This document shows, in pieces, positions 50,733 to 60,272 of a stretch of 64,000 bases of DNA (position 1 is the stretch's first letter; each line of letters starts with the position of its first letter). Position numbers and translations under genes: made by a program. Below the pieces are notes generated by a model that was not told the origin of the DNA, did not search any database, and worked only from the letters and a program-made list of their open reading frames with translations. This DNA comes from a virus (Duplodnaviria; Caudoviricetes): positions 68,755-132,754 of IMG/VR virus record IMGVR_UViG_3300043432_000484; one strand, 5' to 3'.

Positions 50733-53700
50733 CTAACAAATCCAAGTGCCAGTCATGCCAGATTGAACTCTAAGTGGGGTGCCGTTGTCTCCGTACCAAG
50801 TAGTGGTTCCGGTGGCGTCACTGATCTCTAACCAGGCCACAAAGTGGCGCCCGATTGTCACTTGCGTGGAGTACTCACCCCCGTGTGCCACAACCGCACT
50901 GGCAGTGTTGGGGTTGACGTAGTCCACCAGTCCCCCAAAAGCAGTAGTGGAGTCCAAAGTTCCTGGGGCGGCCTGTCTTGCCACTGAAGCGCTGGTGTTG
51001 AGTGAAGCAGCCCTAACTCGGGCTCTCAGATAGCCCTCTTGGAGCCCCGCCACCACATCAACCTGATAGTTAGTGGAGGCTTGAGCTTGACGCACGGTAG
51101 CTGTTGTGTATGTCCACGTATCGGTGGTGGCTTTGACCTGCCAGTCAACCCCTAGCCGATTATTGACATTCCAAAGGTCAAACTTGGCCGGCGCGTCACT
51201 TCCAGACGTAACCCAGTGGTATGTGGTAGCGGAACGCGGGCGACAAGTCCCAACGTATCGTCTGGTTGTATCACCGCTCTTGGTCCACACACCACTTGAG
51301 GACGAGATAGCAGTTGCTCTTGCGGTAGCGGTGGACCAGTTCAAGAACTCCAAAGTTGGAGACCCACTGTTATATGCGACGAAAATGTCGAACGGAAGGT
51401 CGGTGGTTCTTCCCGTGACCGCTAGAGACAGCTCTCCCATCTGTACCGGCCTGAAGCGAACACCATCCCACAATCCAATCACATCCCCAGTGTATGGGGT
51501 GAGATAGATTGTGCTCAGTGATGTGGAGTCACTGGTCATCACGGGAGTCCCAGAGACCCCTGTGAGTCTGAATCCGTTGGTCGCCCTATTGAACACTTCC
51601 CGGTGATAGGAAGAAGAGATCATTCTCCAGGTAGATGTGGCAGCCTCCCACTTGTACTTCAGGTCAATCCCTACAGTGGTCAGGGATACACTAACTGCTG
51701 AACTCTCTTGATACAGAGTGTCAATCTGAGTGGTGCCAGCCGCTGTGGTTAGGGTCACCAAGTTCGCGCTGTTCCCAACCTCTTTGATCGATACCTCTTC
51801 ACCATCATAGGCGGATCCAGGTAGCCACAGGTTCATCGCAGCGTTTGCGCTGTTGTTGAACCTGTTGATCTTGCCACTCACGAGAGTGAAAGGTCCCGCA
51901 CCCGTCAGAGTGGAGGTGTTCCACTCGTTCTGGAACATCAGCTTGGATATGAGTCTCCAAAGGCTGTTGGTATTGTCCCATCGGTATACCAACCTGAGAT
52001 ACGGTTCAAACAGACTTACAGAGGTCGCAGTGGTTCCTGTCAGAGTTTGAATGTTAGTGGTGCCACCAGAAGTTGTGAGGACAGCCGCAGTGGTGGTGCC
52101 CCCGACCTCAACCAGGTCGACTTCATCCCCATCCTTGGGGTTGTTGGGTAGCTGTAAAATTGGACTTCCGGAGTAGGGATTGATCATCCCTGATCGAACA
52201 GTGACTGTCCCTGTGGCGAGGGGTCCTGTGCCCCTTTCAGGGACTTTACGGCTCACTATCTTCCAAAGCCCAAAGGAGGCGTAGAACTTGTAACGTACTT
52301 CCAGCCCATACTGATTCAGGGTGTCAGAGGTAGACGACACAATGAGCCCAGAAGGAGACAAAGTCTCCAGAAGGTTAGCTCCACTGCGTTGAATCGTGAC
52401 AGGGTCATGGGTGCCTATCTCCAACCCGGAATAAACCTCCTTTATGTCTACCTCATCCCCGTCAACTCCCACAGGCAAGATAAGGGTTATCCCAGAACCA
52501 GAGAACCCTTGGTACAGGTTGATGAACCCCGTGCTGAGTCCATATGCCCCAGGACTGGATATAATGGACCCGGTATAGGGCCGAAGCTTTCCAATCGTGT
52601 AAGCACCAAGCTGACCGGCCCCAAATGGAAAGGATACGATCTCTCCTTGGGCGACCGGAATCTCCTGGATGTTACCCCCAGCAACTCGGCCGGCTAAACT
52701 GTCACCTCCAGCAAGTTGAGTGAAGCTGATATCCGTGAAGCCAGGGTTGGTCACGAAAGAGTGGTTGGGGATCTGAGTGGGAAGGGTCAGCCCAGGGAAG
52801 TTGTTAGAGGAGGTGAGGATCGCACTTCCAACGGGACTTCCAAAGCCTCCAAACTTCTGCTGTACCCCGTCTCCGATGCTCATCCACAGCTCTATATCCC
52901 CTGTGGCAAGAGCGCTGCGATACACGAGCAGGACACGAAACCCTGTCCCATAGAACTGCCAGGGGAAACCGGGACCTGAGCCTCCAATCCCGTATTGGGC
53001 AGTGATGGTCCCATTGTCGATCGTGAAGACGTCGTCCCCGTACCCCAACCCAGTAATTTCTACCCGGTCACCATCCACAGGGGTTGCCGGCAAAGTGATC
53101 GTCTTGTTGGAGCCGTCAGAAGCCCATACATAGTAAGAGTGATTGGCTAAAGCGGTGAAGCTCGTGTGTTTCACCGCTGGATCAATAGTCAGCACTCCCC
53201 CGCCTTGTATCATGGCGGTCACTTGCGGGTTGGACGGCACGTCCATCACGGTGCGAGCCTGTGCAGGAGTCAAGAACCCAACAGGAGAGTTCACTCCGAG
53301 GATCGAGGGAGTGTTAGGCGCAATCGCGGTCAGGGCGGACAGGATGTCATTACCATCATAGGGAGTGGCATCTACGATCTGCCCATCCACGGTGAGCTGC
53401 CCATCCACCACCATGTCATCGGTGTAGAGCATCTCATCGTTGTCATGGACTGTTCTCTGACTACGAGGAGGGATGTAGAGGACCGAAAAGTTCTCCTCGT
53501 CCTCTGCAGATATGACGTCCCCTTCAACGATCAGATCTCCACCGGTGTCTATCACCACGTCATCCACGAAGAGCATCTGCTGCCCCTCAGGGACGGTCTG
53601 TGAGTCCGTGACATTGGATAGGGAGTAGTTGTTGTCCCCTCCCCCGCTTCCCGAGCGGATCAACGGATTGAGCTTCGTGGCCCATCCGAAGCTCTGATCA

Positions 53701-54074
53701 CCCTCACGAGTCTCGGTTACGAAACCAACCCGCGTGCCGAAGGTGGTGAGACCGTAGACACCAAAGGTGGTGACGATCGGACCTCCGGTCCCGGTGACCG
53801 TGCTTCTAAAGCCTATGGCTCGCCCGTCGCCAACCAACCCAGGGAACGTGAAGGTTACAGTGGACCCAGGGGTGGTTACCTGGTGAGTCAAACCGTTGAC
53901 ATTCGTCAGGACTGGAGGAGATGTGGTCTCATCTAGGCCGGCGATCTCAAGGAACCACGCCATCCCCGGTGTGAACGGATCCAACAGCGTGATGCTGACC
54001 GTGCTCCCGGGCGTCACATCGACGCCATTAGTCGTGGGGACGGCGTTTACGAGGCATACAGGGCTTAACGGCAT
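50733..54074 (-). CDS. large tail-fibre-like protein
   Basis: 1113 aa; 4x LP...DGD/E-V-I module. Confidence 0.7.
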   Translation of the reverse strand: MPLSPVCLVNAVPTTNGVDVTPGSTVSITLLDPFTPGMAWFLEIAGLDETTSPPVLTNVNGLTHQVTTPGSTVTFTFPGLVGDGRAIGFRSTVTGTGGPIVTTFGVYGLTTFGTRVGFVTETREGDQSFGWATKLNPLIRSGSGGGDNNYSLSNVTDSQTVPEGQQMLFVDDVVIDTGGDLIVEGDVISAEDEENFSVLYIPPRSQRTVHDNDEMLYTDDMVVDGQLTVDGQIVDATPYDGNDILSALTAIAPNTPSILGVNSPVGFLTPAQARTVMDVPSNPQVTAMIQGGGVLTIDPAVKHTSFTALANHSYYVWASDGSNKTITLPATPVDGDRVEITGLGYGDDVFTIDNGTITAQYGIGGSGPGFPWQFYGTGFRVLLVYRSALATGDIELWMSIGDGVQQKFGGFGSPVGSAILTSSNNFPGLTLPTQIPNHSFVTNPGFTDISFTQLAGGDSLAGRVAGGNIQEIPVAQGEIVSFPFGAGQLGAYTIGKLRPYTGSIISSPGAYGLSTGFINLYQGFSGSGITLILPVGVDGDEVDIKEVYSGLEIGTHDPVTIQRSGANLLETLSPSGLIVSSTSDTLNQYGLEVRYKFYASFGLWKIVSRKVPERGTGPLATGTVTVRSGMINPYSGSPILQLPNNPKDGDEVDLVEVGGTTTAAVLTTSGGTTNIQTLTGTTATSVSLFEPYLRLVYRWDNTNSLWRLISKLMFQNEWNTSTLTGAGPFTLVSGKINRFNNSANAAMNLWLPGSAYDGEEVSIKEVGNSANLVTLTTAAGTTQIDTLYQESSAVSVSLTTVGIDLKYKWEAATSTWRMISSSYHREVFNRATNGFRLTGVSGTPVMTSDSTSLSTIYLTPYTGDVIGLWDGVRFRPVQMGELSLAVTGRTTDLPFDIFVAYNSGSPTLEFLNWSTATARATAISSSSGVWTKSGDTTRRYVGTCRPRSATTYHWVTSGSDAPAKFDLWNVNNRLGVDWQVKATTDTWTYTTATVRQAQASTNYQVDVVAGLQEGYLRARVRAASLNTSASVARQAAPGTLDSTTAFGGLVDYVNPNTASAVVAHGGEYSTQVTIGRHFVAWLEISDATGTTTWYGDNGTPLRVQSGMTGTWIC

Positions 54075-54243
54075 GTGACTTTACCTTCACATGTACGGGT
54101 TGTAGACGGCTCTCTCATCTGTTCACAAGTTGCCAACCCATAAGGAAAAAACCCCCAGAGAAGCTCTCAGAGCCTCTTTCAGCACATTGCAGCTACCGTC
54201 ACAATTTCCCTGGAGTTCCCCGGCCCTCATGTGTAGTAAGGGC

Positions 54244-54852
54244 ATGAGCAACCCAAGTAAAACCCTGGTTCCCGCCTCCTCGCCGATCGAGATCGGTACT
54301 ACCGTGGAAAACGGAAGCCTCCGCATCCATCGCTACCGCGATCACCTGGTCCTTTGGGACCTGACCAATGCCGGCAAGCGTGGCAAGACCGTGGAGCGCG
54401 CAACCGTGTGCCTAGGCTTCAGCGGCTCCTACAGCCGTGCCTTGGAGTTCCTGGACGGGTTCAGCGCCGTGCTGCGGGGCTTCTCTAACTACGCTTCAGC
54501 GCTCTCCGAGATCAGCGACATGGTGGCGGATCGTCCGGACTCCCTGGACGTCACCACGTCGGAGGAAGCCTCTTACGGGGTGCAGCCGGCGGGCTTCGAG
54601 ACCCTCACGCTGGTCACCGAGAACATCAGCGTCGAAGCTGGCTACAAGTCCTTTTGTATCAAGGACTTGAAGGATAAGAACAACGAGCCCACCGCAATCC
54701 CCGCGATCAAGGGTGGCAAGCGGGCGGTCCAGGCTTTCTACCATTTCCTGAACAGCAATCGCCTCGCCATCGCGGGGATGACGTACCAGGAGCTGCTCCA
54801 GACGATGAGCCGCCGCGGGCTGAGCTATCACGACTACTGCGCGATGGACTGA
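54244..54852 (+). CDS. hypothetical protein
   Basis: strong codon bias from MSNPSK. Confidence 0.65.
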   Translation: MSNPSKTLVPASSPIEIGTTVENGSLRIHRYRDHLVLWDLTNAGKRGKTVERATVCLGFSGSYSRALEFLDGFSAVLRGFSNYASALSEISDMVADRPDSLDVTTSEEASYGVQPAGFETLTLVTENISVEAGYKSFCIKDLKDKNNEPTAIPAIKGGKRAVQAFYHFLNSNRLAIAGMTYQELLQTMSRRGLSYHDYCAMD

Positions 54853-54873
54853 CCGGTGGTGTAGTAGGAGCCC

Positions 54874-55494
54874 ATGAACGGCATCCTCAGTGACATGGCA
54901 ATCAGAGCCGCGGTAGACTCAGGGGACATTGAAATTGACCCATTCGTACCTGAGCACGTGAACGTCACCAGCTATGACCTGACCCTCGGTGACGAGGTTC
55001 GGGTCTACGCCAATTGGGTGATGAACACACCGCAGCAGTACTTCAATGGCCCGGAAAGTGCCCAAGATGGGAGCGCCCTCCAGCCACGCAACTTCTCCAT
55101 GCTGGATGCTAAGGATGAGCCGGTCACGCACGCCTGGAAGTTTGACGAGAAGGGCTTCGTGCTCAAACCGGGGATCGGCTACCTGATGCACACTCGGGAA
55201 CGAGTGTGCACAAAAAAGTACAACCCCGTGCTAGACGGCAAGTCGTCGATCGGCCGCCTATTCATCCAAATTCACGCTACTGCTGGTTACATCGACCCTG
55301 CCTTCTCAGGCCAATATACCTTGGAGGTTATCGTACAACATCCTGTGCGTGTGTACGCCGGGATGCGCATAGCGCAAGTTCGTTTTCACACAATAGCGGG
55401 GCAGTTGGGCCAGACGTACGATCAGGTGGGTCATTATGTAGGTCGAGCGGCAACTGGAGCTGTCGGATCTCAAGCTTGGAAACAATTCCTTTAG
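54874..55494 (+). CDS. dcd: dCTP deaminase
   Basis: SYDLTLG, GKSSIGRL, TAGYIDPAFSG..TLE, GMRIAQ. Confidence 0.93.
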   Translation: MNGILSDMAIRAAVDSGDIEIDPFVPEHVNVTSYDLTLGDEVRVYANWVMNTPQQYFNGPESAQDGSALQPRNFSMLDAKDEPVTHAWKFDEKGFVLKPGIGYLMHTRERVCTKKYNPVLDGKSSIGRLFIQIHATAGYIDPAFSGQYTLEVIVQHPVRVYAGMRIAQVRFHTIAGQLGQTYDQVGHYVGRAATGAVGSQAWKQFL

Positions 55495-55544
55495 CCAGCA
55501 CATTTCGACGCTGGTACTTGGCACGTGCCTGACAGAAAATCAGT

Positions 55545-55784
55545 TCAAGTCCTGAGCGCTCGCCCGGACAGGTACGCAATCGCGAGGCAAGGCAACCCGC
55601 GCAGAGCGTACAAGGCCGCCCCAGAGAACAACACCCGAGCCTGGTGCGCTGACCCGTCGTCCACCATGAATTCGGTGGCCCCCAGAAACAGATGGCCGAC
55701 ACAGTAGAAGCTGTACCAAAGGGTGCCAAGTACCCCCAAGGTAAGGGCTAACCCGGCCGCTATCTGTTTGGTGCGCAACTTCAT
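55545..55784 (-). CDS. small membrane protein
   Basis: two hydrophobic segments. Confidence 0.45.
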   Translation of the reverse strand: MKLRTKQIAAGLALTLGVLGTLWYSFYCVGHLFLGATEFMVDDGSAHQARVLFSGAALYALRGLPCLAIAYLSGRALRT

Positions 55785-55847
55785 GCACTAGGATCCTAAC
55801 TCAAAACTAAGCGAGTCACCAGCTGAAATTCGGTGTACGTCCTCCGA

Positions 55848-56273
55848 ATGGCAAACGTACCAACCGCCGAACAACTACAGTTCCTCAACTCCGTCCGAGA
55901 TGACATCGCCGCGAACGCAACCGAGAAGGGCTTTCGCGATCAAATGCGAGACGGGCTTTCTGATGAACAGTGGGATGGCAAGCCCGGTCAGCTCATCCGC
56001 GCCGCCGTGTTCTCCATGAATCAGGTTGGTGAGCAGAGTGAGTTCTGGGAAGCCTTTCGGGCGGGAACACTCGATGCTCCGTGTGACAAGGCGCACAAGA
56101 TGGAAGCTCTGGGCTTACCAGGCCTCACATGCGCCGAAGAGGAGATCGCCGACGGAATCATCCGACTTTTTGACATGGCTCATCAGTTCGAAGTTGACAT
56201 CGCCCGAGCGATCAGCGCCAAAATGTCCTATAATGCACGTAGACCTGCACTACATGGTGGCAAAAAGGCATGA
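55848..56273 (+). CDS. MazG-like nucleotide pyrophosphohydrolase
   Basis: E.SE..EA.R...EEEIADGIIRLFD...KM.YN..R...HG. Confidence 0.8.
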   Translation: MANVPTAEQLQFLNSVRDDIAANATEKGFRDQMRDGLSDEQWDGKPGQLIRAAVFSMNQVGEQSEFWEAFRAGTLDAPCDKAHKMEALGLPGLTCAEEEIADGIIRLFDMAHQFEVDIARAISAKMSYNARRPALHGGKKA

Positions 56274-56287
56274 GTACTTGAGGCCGC

Positions 56288-56671
56288 CTAGAACATTTGA
56301 CGGCGGACTTTGAGGTAGGTTCCCAACCCATCACGCAAAGACGGGCGCGGCATATCGGGGACCACCTCGCTTTCATCATCCTCGTCCACTCGGACAAGGC
56401 GCTTGAAGCGCTCCTCCAGTCTAGGGTATGTGGTTTCTATTACCACATCCCAGATTTCTTTGGCAATCCCTTCGTCCAAGACCATCATGTGCCCCGGGCG
56501 CCACTCAAGCGGCAGCCAATCAAGGGCCTTCTCCTTGTCGAAGCGGCCCACCACCGTCCCGTTTGTGACCAGCCAGTCCTCCCTGTACACCCGGATCTTG
56601 TACGGGCCATCCGGTGAGTGTAGGATGGTGGGACCTAAAGCTAGGTAGTATCCAGGTCGAATTGTGGTCAA
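56288..56671 (-). CDS. hypothetical protein
   Basis: 127 aa. Confidence 0.5.
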   Translation of the reverse strand: MTTIRPGYYLALGPTILHSPDGPYKIRVYREDWLVTNGTVVGRFDKEKALDWLPLEWRPGHMMVLDEGIAKEIWDVVIETTYPRLEERFKRLVRVDEDDESEVVPDMPRPSLRDGLGTYLKVRRQMF

Positions 56672-56702
56672 AGGCCCTCAGAACAAGACGAGCATCAATG
56701 CT

Positions 56703-57122
56703 CTATTGAGAGGACCAGTGGGCTAGGTACTGAACGAATAAGTGTAAATTTGTCTTCTCAATGAAGCCTAGTCGTACATTGCACGGTAAACAAAGCACCC
56801 CACGCGGAGCTTTCCGTACGTGGTCATGATCTGCGACCGCACGGTACTCTCCAAAAGGATTCCTACAAATGGCGCATTTGTGCTCTTGTTTGTCCAGTTG
56901 AGCTTGAAAGTACTCCGGAGTGTGCCCGGTCACCCGAAACCTCTCATTGTCTTGTTTTCTACGCCGATAATCTGGGTCTCCAGCAACGGCTTCATATCGT
57001 ATACGACTTGCCTTCAGAATGGCTTCTTTGTTTGCCTGGTAATATCCTTTGTGCCGCTTTTTTCGTATACAAGCATCACACTCTACCTCGGTACACGTGC
57101 ACGGAGTCTTCTTACGTCTCAT
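56703..57122 (-). CDS. endonuclease VII-type HNH protein
   Basis: CAIC...DHDH...RGVLC..CN..LG. Confidence 0.85.
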   Translation of the reverse strand: MRRKKTPCTCTEVECDACIRKKRHKGYYQANKEAILKASRIRYEAVAGDPDYRRRKQDNERFRVTGHTPEYFQAQLDKQEHKCAICRNPFGEYRAVADHDHVRKAPRGVLCLPCNVRLGFIEKTNLHLFVQYLAHWSSQ

Positions 57123-57175
57123 GCGGGGAACTACACCATTTGCAAAGTGGCGTCTCCCTATGGTATGATCCGAGT

Positions 57176-57565
57176 ATGGACAGCCACATCGTCGATGACT
57201 TCCTGGCCGAAGAAGAACAGAACCGACTCGCCGCGGATGAGAACGTTCGCCCGGAGCAGCTCTTGAAGGCTGGGGACTTCTTCCTACGTCTCGCACATGG
57301 GATCCGTATCTATGGAAAAATCCTAGATGTGGGTGAACTCTACCTCGACGGGCGCACTGTGGACGCCCTGGATGAGGATGAGCGCGAAGAGTACGATGAA
57401 GAGGTTGCTCAGTACAAGCAACCCCACATGCGCTTCTACCGGTTCACCAAGTGCTACAGCCAAGCGTGTCCGGAGGGTGAGCTGGGTGACATCCATCTCT
57501 CCACCGTCTCTCGTAAGCTGACTGCCGGTGAGTTCGAGGCGGCCAAAAAGACAAGCTGGCGCTAG
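57176..57565 (+). CDS. hypothetical protein
   Basis: acidic 129-aa ORF. Confidence 0.65.
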   Translation: MDSHIVDDFLAEEEQNRLAADENVRPEQLLKAGDFFLRLAHGIRIYGKILDVGELYLDGRTVDALDEDEREEYDEEVAQYKQPHMRFYRFTKCYSQACPEGELGDIHLSTVSRKLTAGEFEAAKKTSWR

Positions 57566-57598
57566 ATTCCCGTTCTTTCACTTTTGCCTAGCCCAAGT

Positions 57599-57937
57599 AT
57601 GGGCTTGGACCTGTCCGGCTACCCTCCAACCGAAAGTGGTGCGCAAAGTATGATCGAGGCTCTCACGCCTCGCATTGTGCGCATGTGGAAGTCGGAACGC
57701 GCAGATTTGCGCACAGATGATCTGGTGGCCATGGTCAACGCTTCCGCCAATCAGGTCACCATTGATCCCCGGGCCACCGTCTACCAGCGAGTCAAGAAGC
57801 ACGATCCCACACTTGAGTTGCTGGAGCACATCACCCGGCAACCGGCCCAAGTGAATGGAACGGTTACCATCTGGGCGATCATCGGCTTCCCTAAGGGTCA
57901 GCTGTGCGTGCTGCCTTTGGTGGTGGCCTACAGCTGA
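57599..57937 (+). CDS. hypothetical protein
   Basis: about 112 aa. Confidence 0.55.
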   Translation: MGLDLSGYPPTESGAQSMIEALTPRIVRMWKSERADLRTDDLVAMVNASANQVTIDPRATVYQRVKKHDPTLELLEHITRQPAQVNGTVTIWAIIGFPKGQLCVLPLVVAYS

Positions 57938-58533
57938 AGGTCGTCGGAGGGCGGGTTATTGCCCCAGGCGGAACTTGGGTGTGTTCGGATCACATCGAAG
58001 TAGTCCTCTCGCCCGTGATCACAGGAGATCACCCAAGGGACCAGATCGACAAGCAGTGCATGATTGACCATCAACACGCGCCCCATCTTTCCGTTGCAGG
58101 AGTCGAAGGGGCGAATGTTCATCAGTTCGCAGTGCAGGCCCCAGATCTCAGCGCGCTTCTGCTCCGCCGGGATGCTGTTGTCGTCGGTACGCAGAAGATC
58201 GATCGCCTGCTGTAGCCGGCGGTTCCACTTCCAGAATTCCTTTTTCACCATCCCGGCGGGCAACACGTCGTTGATCCCAATTCTGAATGGTTGGGTGCGT
58301 AGCTCGTAGGGCTCGTCTTTGCCCAGCAGCAACCGGTGGACCTCTCGGGGAAGGGCGTAACGATCATCCAACCCTGCACGGATCGCGTAGAGGAGGGCGT
58401 CTCGGTGGCGAGCGTAGGCATCAGACCCGGGGCCGTCGTCAGGCTGTGGGTCGATCTTGTTGGACTCCGTGATGAACTCATGGAGCCAGTCAGCGGTGAG
58501 CCCGGCTTTGCGAAGCAATTCTGATTCGTTCAT
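57928..58533 (-). CDS. Fic/DOC family protein with a degenerate motif
   Basis: ESNKID, EVHRLL, IRPFDSCNGKMGR. Confidence 0.75.
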   Translation of the reverse strand: MNESELLRKAGLTADWLHEFITESNKIDPQPDDGPGSDAYARHRDALLYAIRAGLDDRYALPREVHRLLLGKDEPYELRTQPFRIGINDVLPAGMVKKEFWKWNRRLQQAIDLLRTDDNSIPAEQKRAEIWGLHCELMNIRPFDSCNGKMGRVLMVNHALLVDLVPWVISCDHGREDYFDVIRTHPSSAWGNNPPSDDLQL

Positions 58534-58578
58534 TGGGTTACCTGTGCGCTCAAGCATACCAGGCCTGGATTCCCAACG

Positions 58579-58836
58579 CTAGGGCTTTCCGCCCAGCTTG
58601 CGTACCGCCGAGCGCAGCCGGGCTGAGGACTTCCGGGTGACCTCTGCTGTCGTCTTCTTGTCCATCCCCAAGGCCTCAGCTAGCAGGTCCTTGAGCACCG
58701 TCTGCCACGGCTGACCGCGCCGCTCTGCCTCCTCCTTGATCGCCTCTTCCAGCTCGTAGGGCAAACGTAACGTGGTGATCCGGCTATCCGCGCCACGCGT
58801 CGTAAGCTCTTGCTCTGGTTTACGTCGGTGGTGCAT
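58579..58836 (-). CDS. RHH/CopG (BrnA-like) protein
   Basis: TLRLPYELEEAIKEEAERRGQPWQTVLKDLL. Confidence 0.7.
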   Translation of the reverse strand: MHHRRKPEQELTTRGADSRITTLRLPYELEEAIKEEAERRGQPWQTVLKDLLAEALGMDKKTTAEVTRKSSARLRSAVRKLGGKP

Positions 58837-59200
58837 CAGAAGGGGTCTTTGCTTTCTCACGAAGTTCAGCAGCTTTACGTACACGCCTTTCGGCCTTGCG
58901 TTGCAGACGCACAATGTCTCGGCGCTCTTCCTTCGAGGGGGTGTAGTCTGGACCTAGGACCCGAGCTTTGATTGGCTCCCACCCGTAGTAGCGTATCTCC
59001 TCTTTGAGGATTTGCTCAACTAACCACTGCATGTAGACCTGGTATCGCACCCCGTGGTATTCCGCCCCCAATCTGAGCATCTCCACTACCCAGCTCTTCA
59101 TCTTGATCGTAATTTGCTCTCTCGGCACCCTCTTGGGAGCGGGAGCCTCGCGCTTCACCCTTGCCTCACCGGCGATGTACTCGCCCTTCCTACGTGACAT
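58820..59200 (-). CDS. RHH (BrnA-antitoxin-like) protein
   Basis: QITIKMKSWVVEMLR..A...GVRYQVYM; GGTGTA 9 nt upstream. Confidence 0.6.
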   Translation of the reverse strand: MSRRKGEYIAGEARVKREAPAPKRVPREQITIKMKSWVVEMLRLGAEYHGVRYQVYMQWLVEQILKEEIRYYGWEPIKARVLGPDYTPSKEERRDIVRLQRKAERRVRKAAELREKAKTPSDAPPT

Positions 59201-59819
59201 GGCCAAACATACACCGATCATAGAAAACGGGCAGCTGACCGTGGAGGCCATTGGGAAGGCGGAGCCCAGGATCCAGCGCTTCTTGGAGAGCTTGTTCGAG
59301 CATCTGCGGGCTCTTGAGGTAGAGATCACCACCACAACCACTTACCTGCTCAACTCTACTCAGCACCTGATCGAGGTCCCGTCTGCGGTGAATCATGTCC
59401 CAGTACGGGTGGAGTTCGCTGCCAGCGTGCCAGAAGTTGGGCGGCCCCGGATTCGCCTGCAGCTTCAGTTCAACGGAGGCAAGCGCCGGTGGTTCTTCGA
59501 GTCGACACGGCACGGACAAGGGTTCCCGTCGAGGCGAATCATGAAGGTGTTCATAGCCGAAATCCAAGCCGGCCAGACAGCTATGGTGGAATTTCAGGAT
59601 CAGAAGAGAAAAGCCGATAAAGCAAAAGCAAGATTTTCTGGACTAGCTGAAAACTTAGGGGTTAGGTTAGATCCCACAGATCCTGGCAACTTGAGACTCG
59701 GCGCTCTGCGCATCCGACGGCTGCTGGACACTCCATCCAAAGTGGTGGTTGCGCTCGTAGTGACACACGAGCAAGCCTTAGAGATCTCTAGGAAATATGG
59801 TAACCATCAAGACTCCTGA
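59199..59819 (+). CDS. hypothetical protein
   Basis: 206 aa. Confidence 0.6.
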   Translation: MAKHTPIIENGQLTVEAIGKAEPRIQRFLESLFEHLRALEVEITTTTTYLLNSTQHLIEVPSAVNHVPVRVEFAASVPEVGRPRIRLQLQFNGGKRRWFFESTRHGQGFPSRRIMKVFIAEIQAGQTAMVEFQDQKRKADKAKARFSGLAENLGVRLDPTDPGNLRLGALRIRRLLDTPSKVVVALVVTHEQALEISRKYGNHQDS

Positions 59820-59876
59820 GAAAACTCTGGAGTTTCGCTGCGCTCATGTGTAATATGATCGGTGTAGTAAACCACC

Positions 59877-60272
59877 ATGAGAAGGCTCCACATCCTAGTG
59901 ATCGATGATGAGGACGACCCACGTCTGATTTGGTTCCGCCAAACCTTGGGGGACATGGGTCATCGAGTTCACACGGCGCAAACCGCTGATGCAGCCCTGG
60001 ATCTGTTCCGGGAGTTCCAGTTCGACCTTGCGTTCTTCGATCACGATTTGGGTGGGCGCTACGGTGGCAGCGACATCGCGAGCAGGGTGCTGAACGACCC
60101 GGACACGTACCAGTGCCCCAAGTCTGTTTGGGTGCACAGCATGAACACCCAAGGTGCTCAGAACATTGCTTCCAAGTTCCGTTCGGCTGGCATCCCGGTC
60201 ATTGTCGAGTGGTTCATGGATCTGCAAGACAAGTCCGACCTGCAAGGGTTGCTAGAGAGCTGGGTGCCATGA
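59877..60272 (+). CDS. receiver-domain protein (cyclic-phosphate-processing cREC type)
   Basis: IDDE...FDHDLG...VHSMN. Confidence 0.75.
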   Translation: MRRLHILVIDDEDDPRLIWFRQTLGDMGHRVHTAQTADAALDLFREFQFDLAFFDHDLGGRYGGSDIASRVLNDPDTYQCPKSVWVHSMNTQGAQNIASKFRSAGIPVIVEWFMDLQDKSDLQGLLESWVP

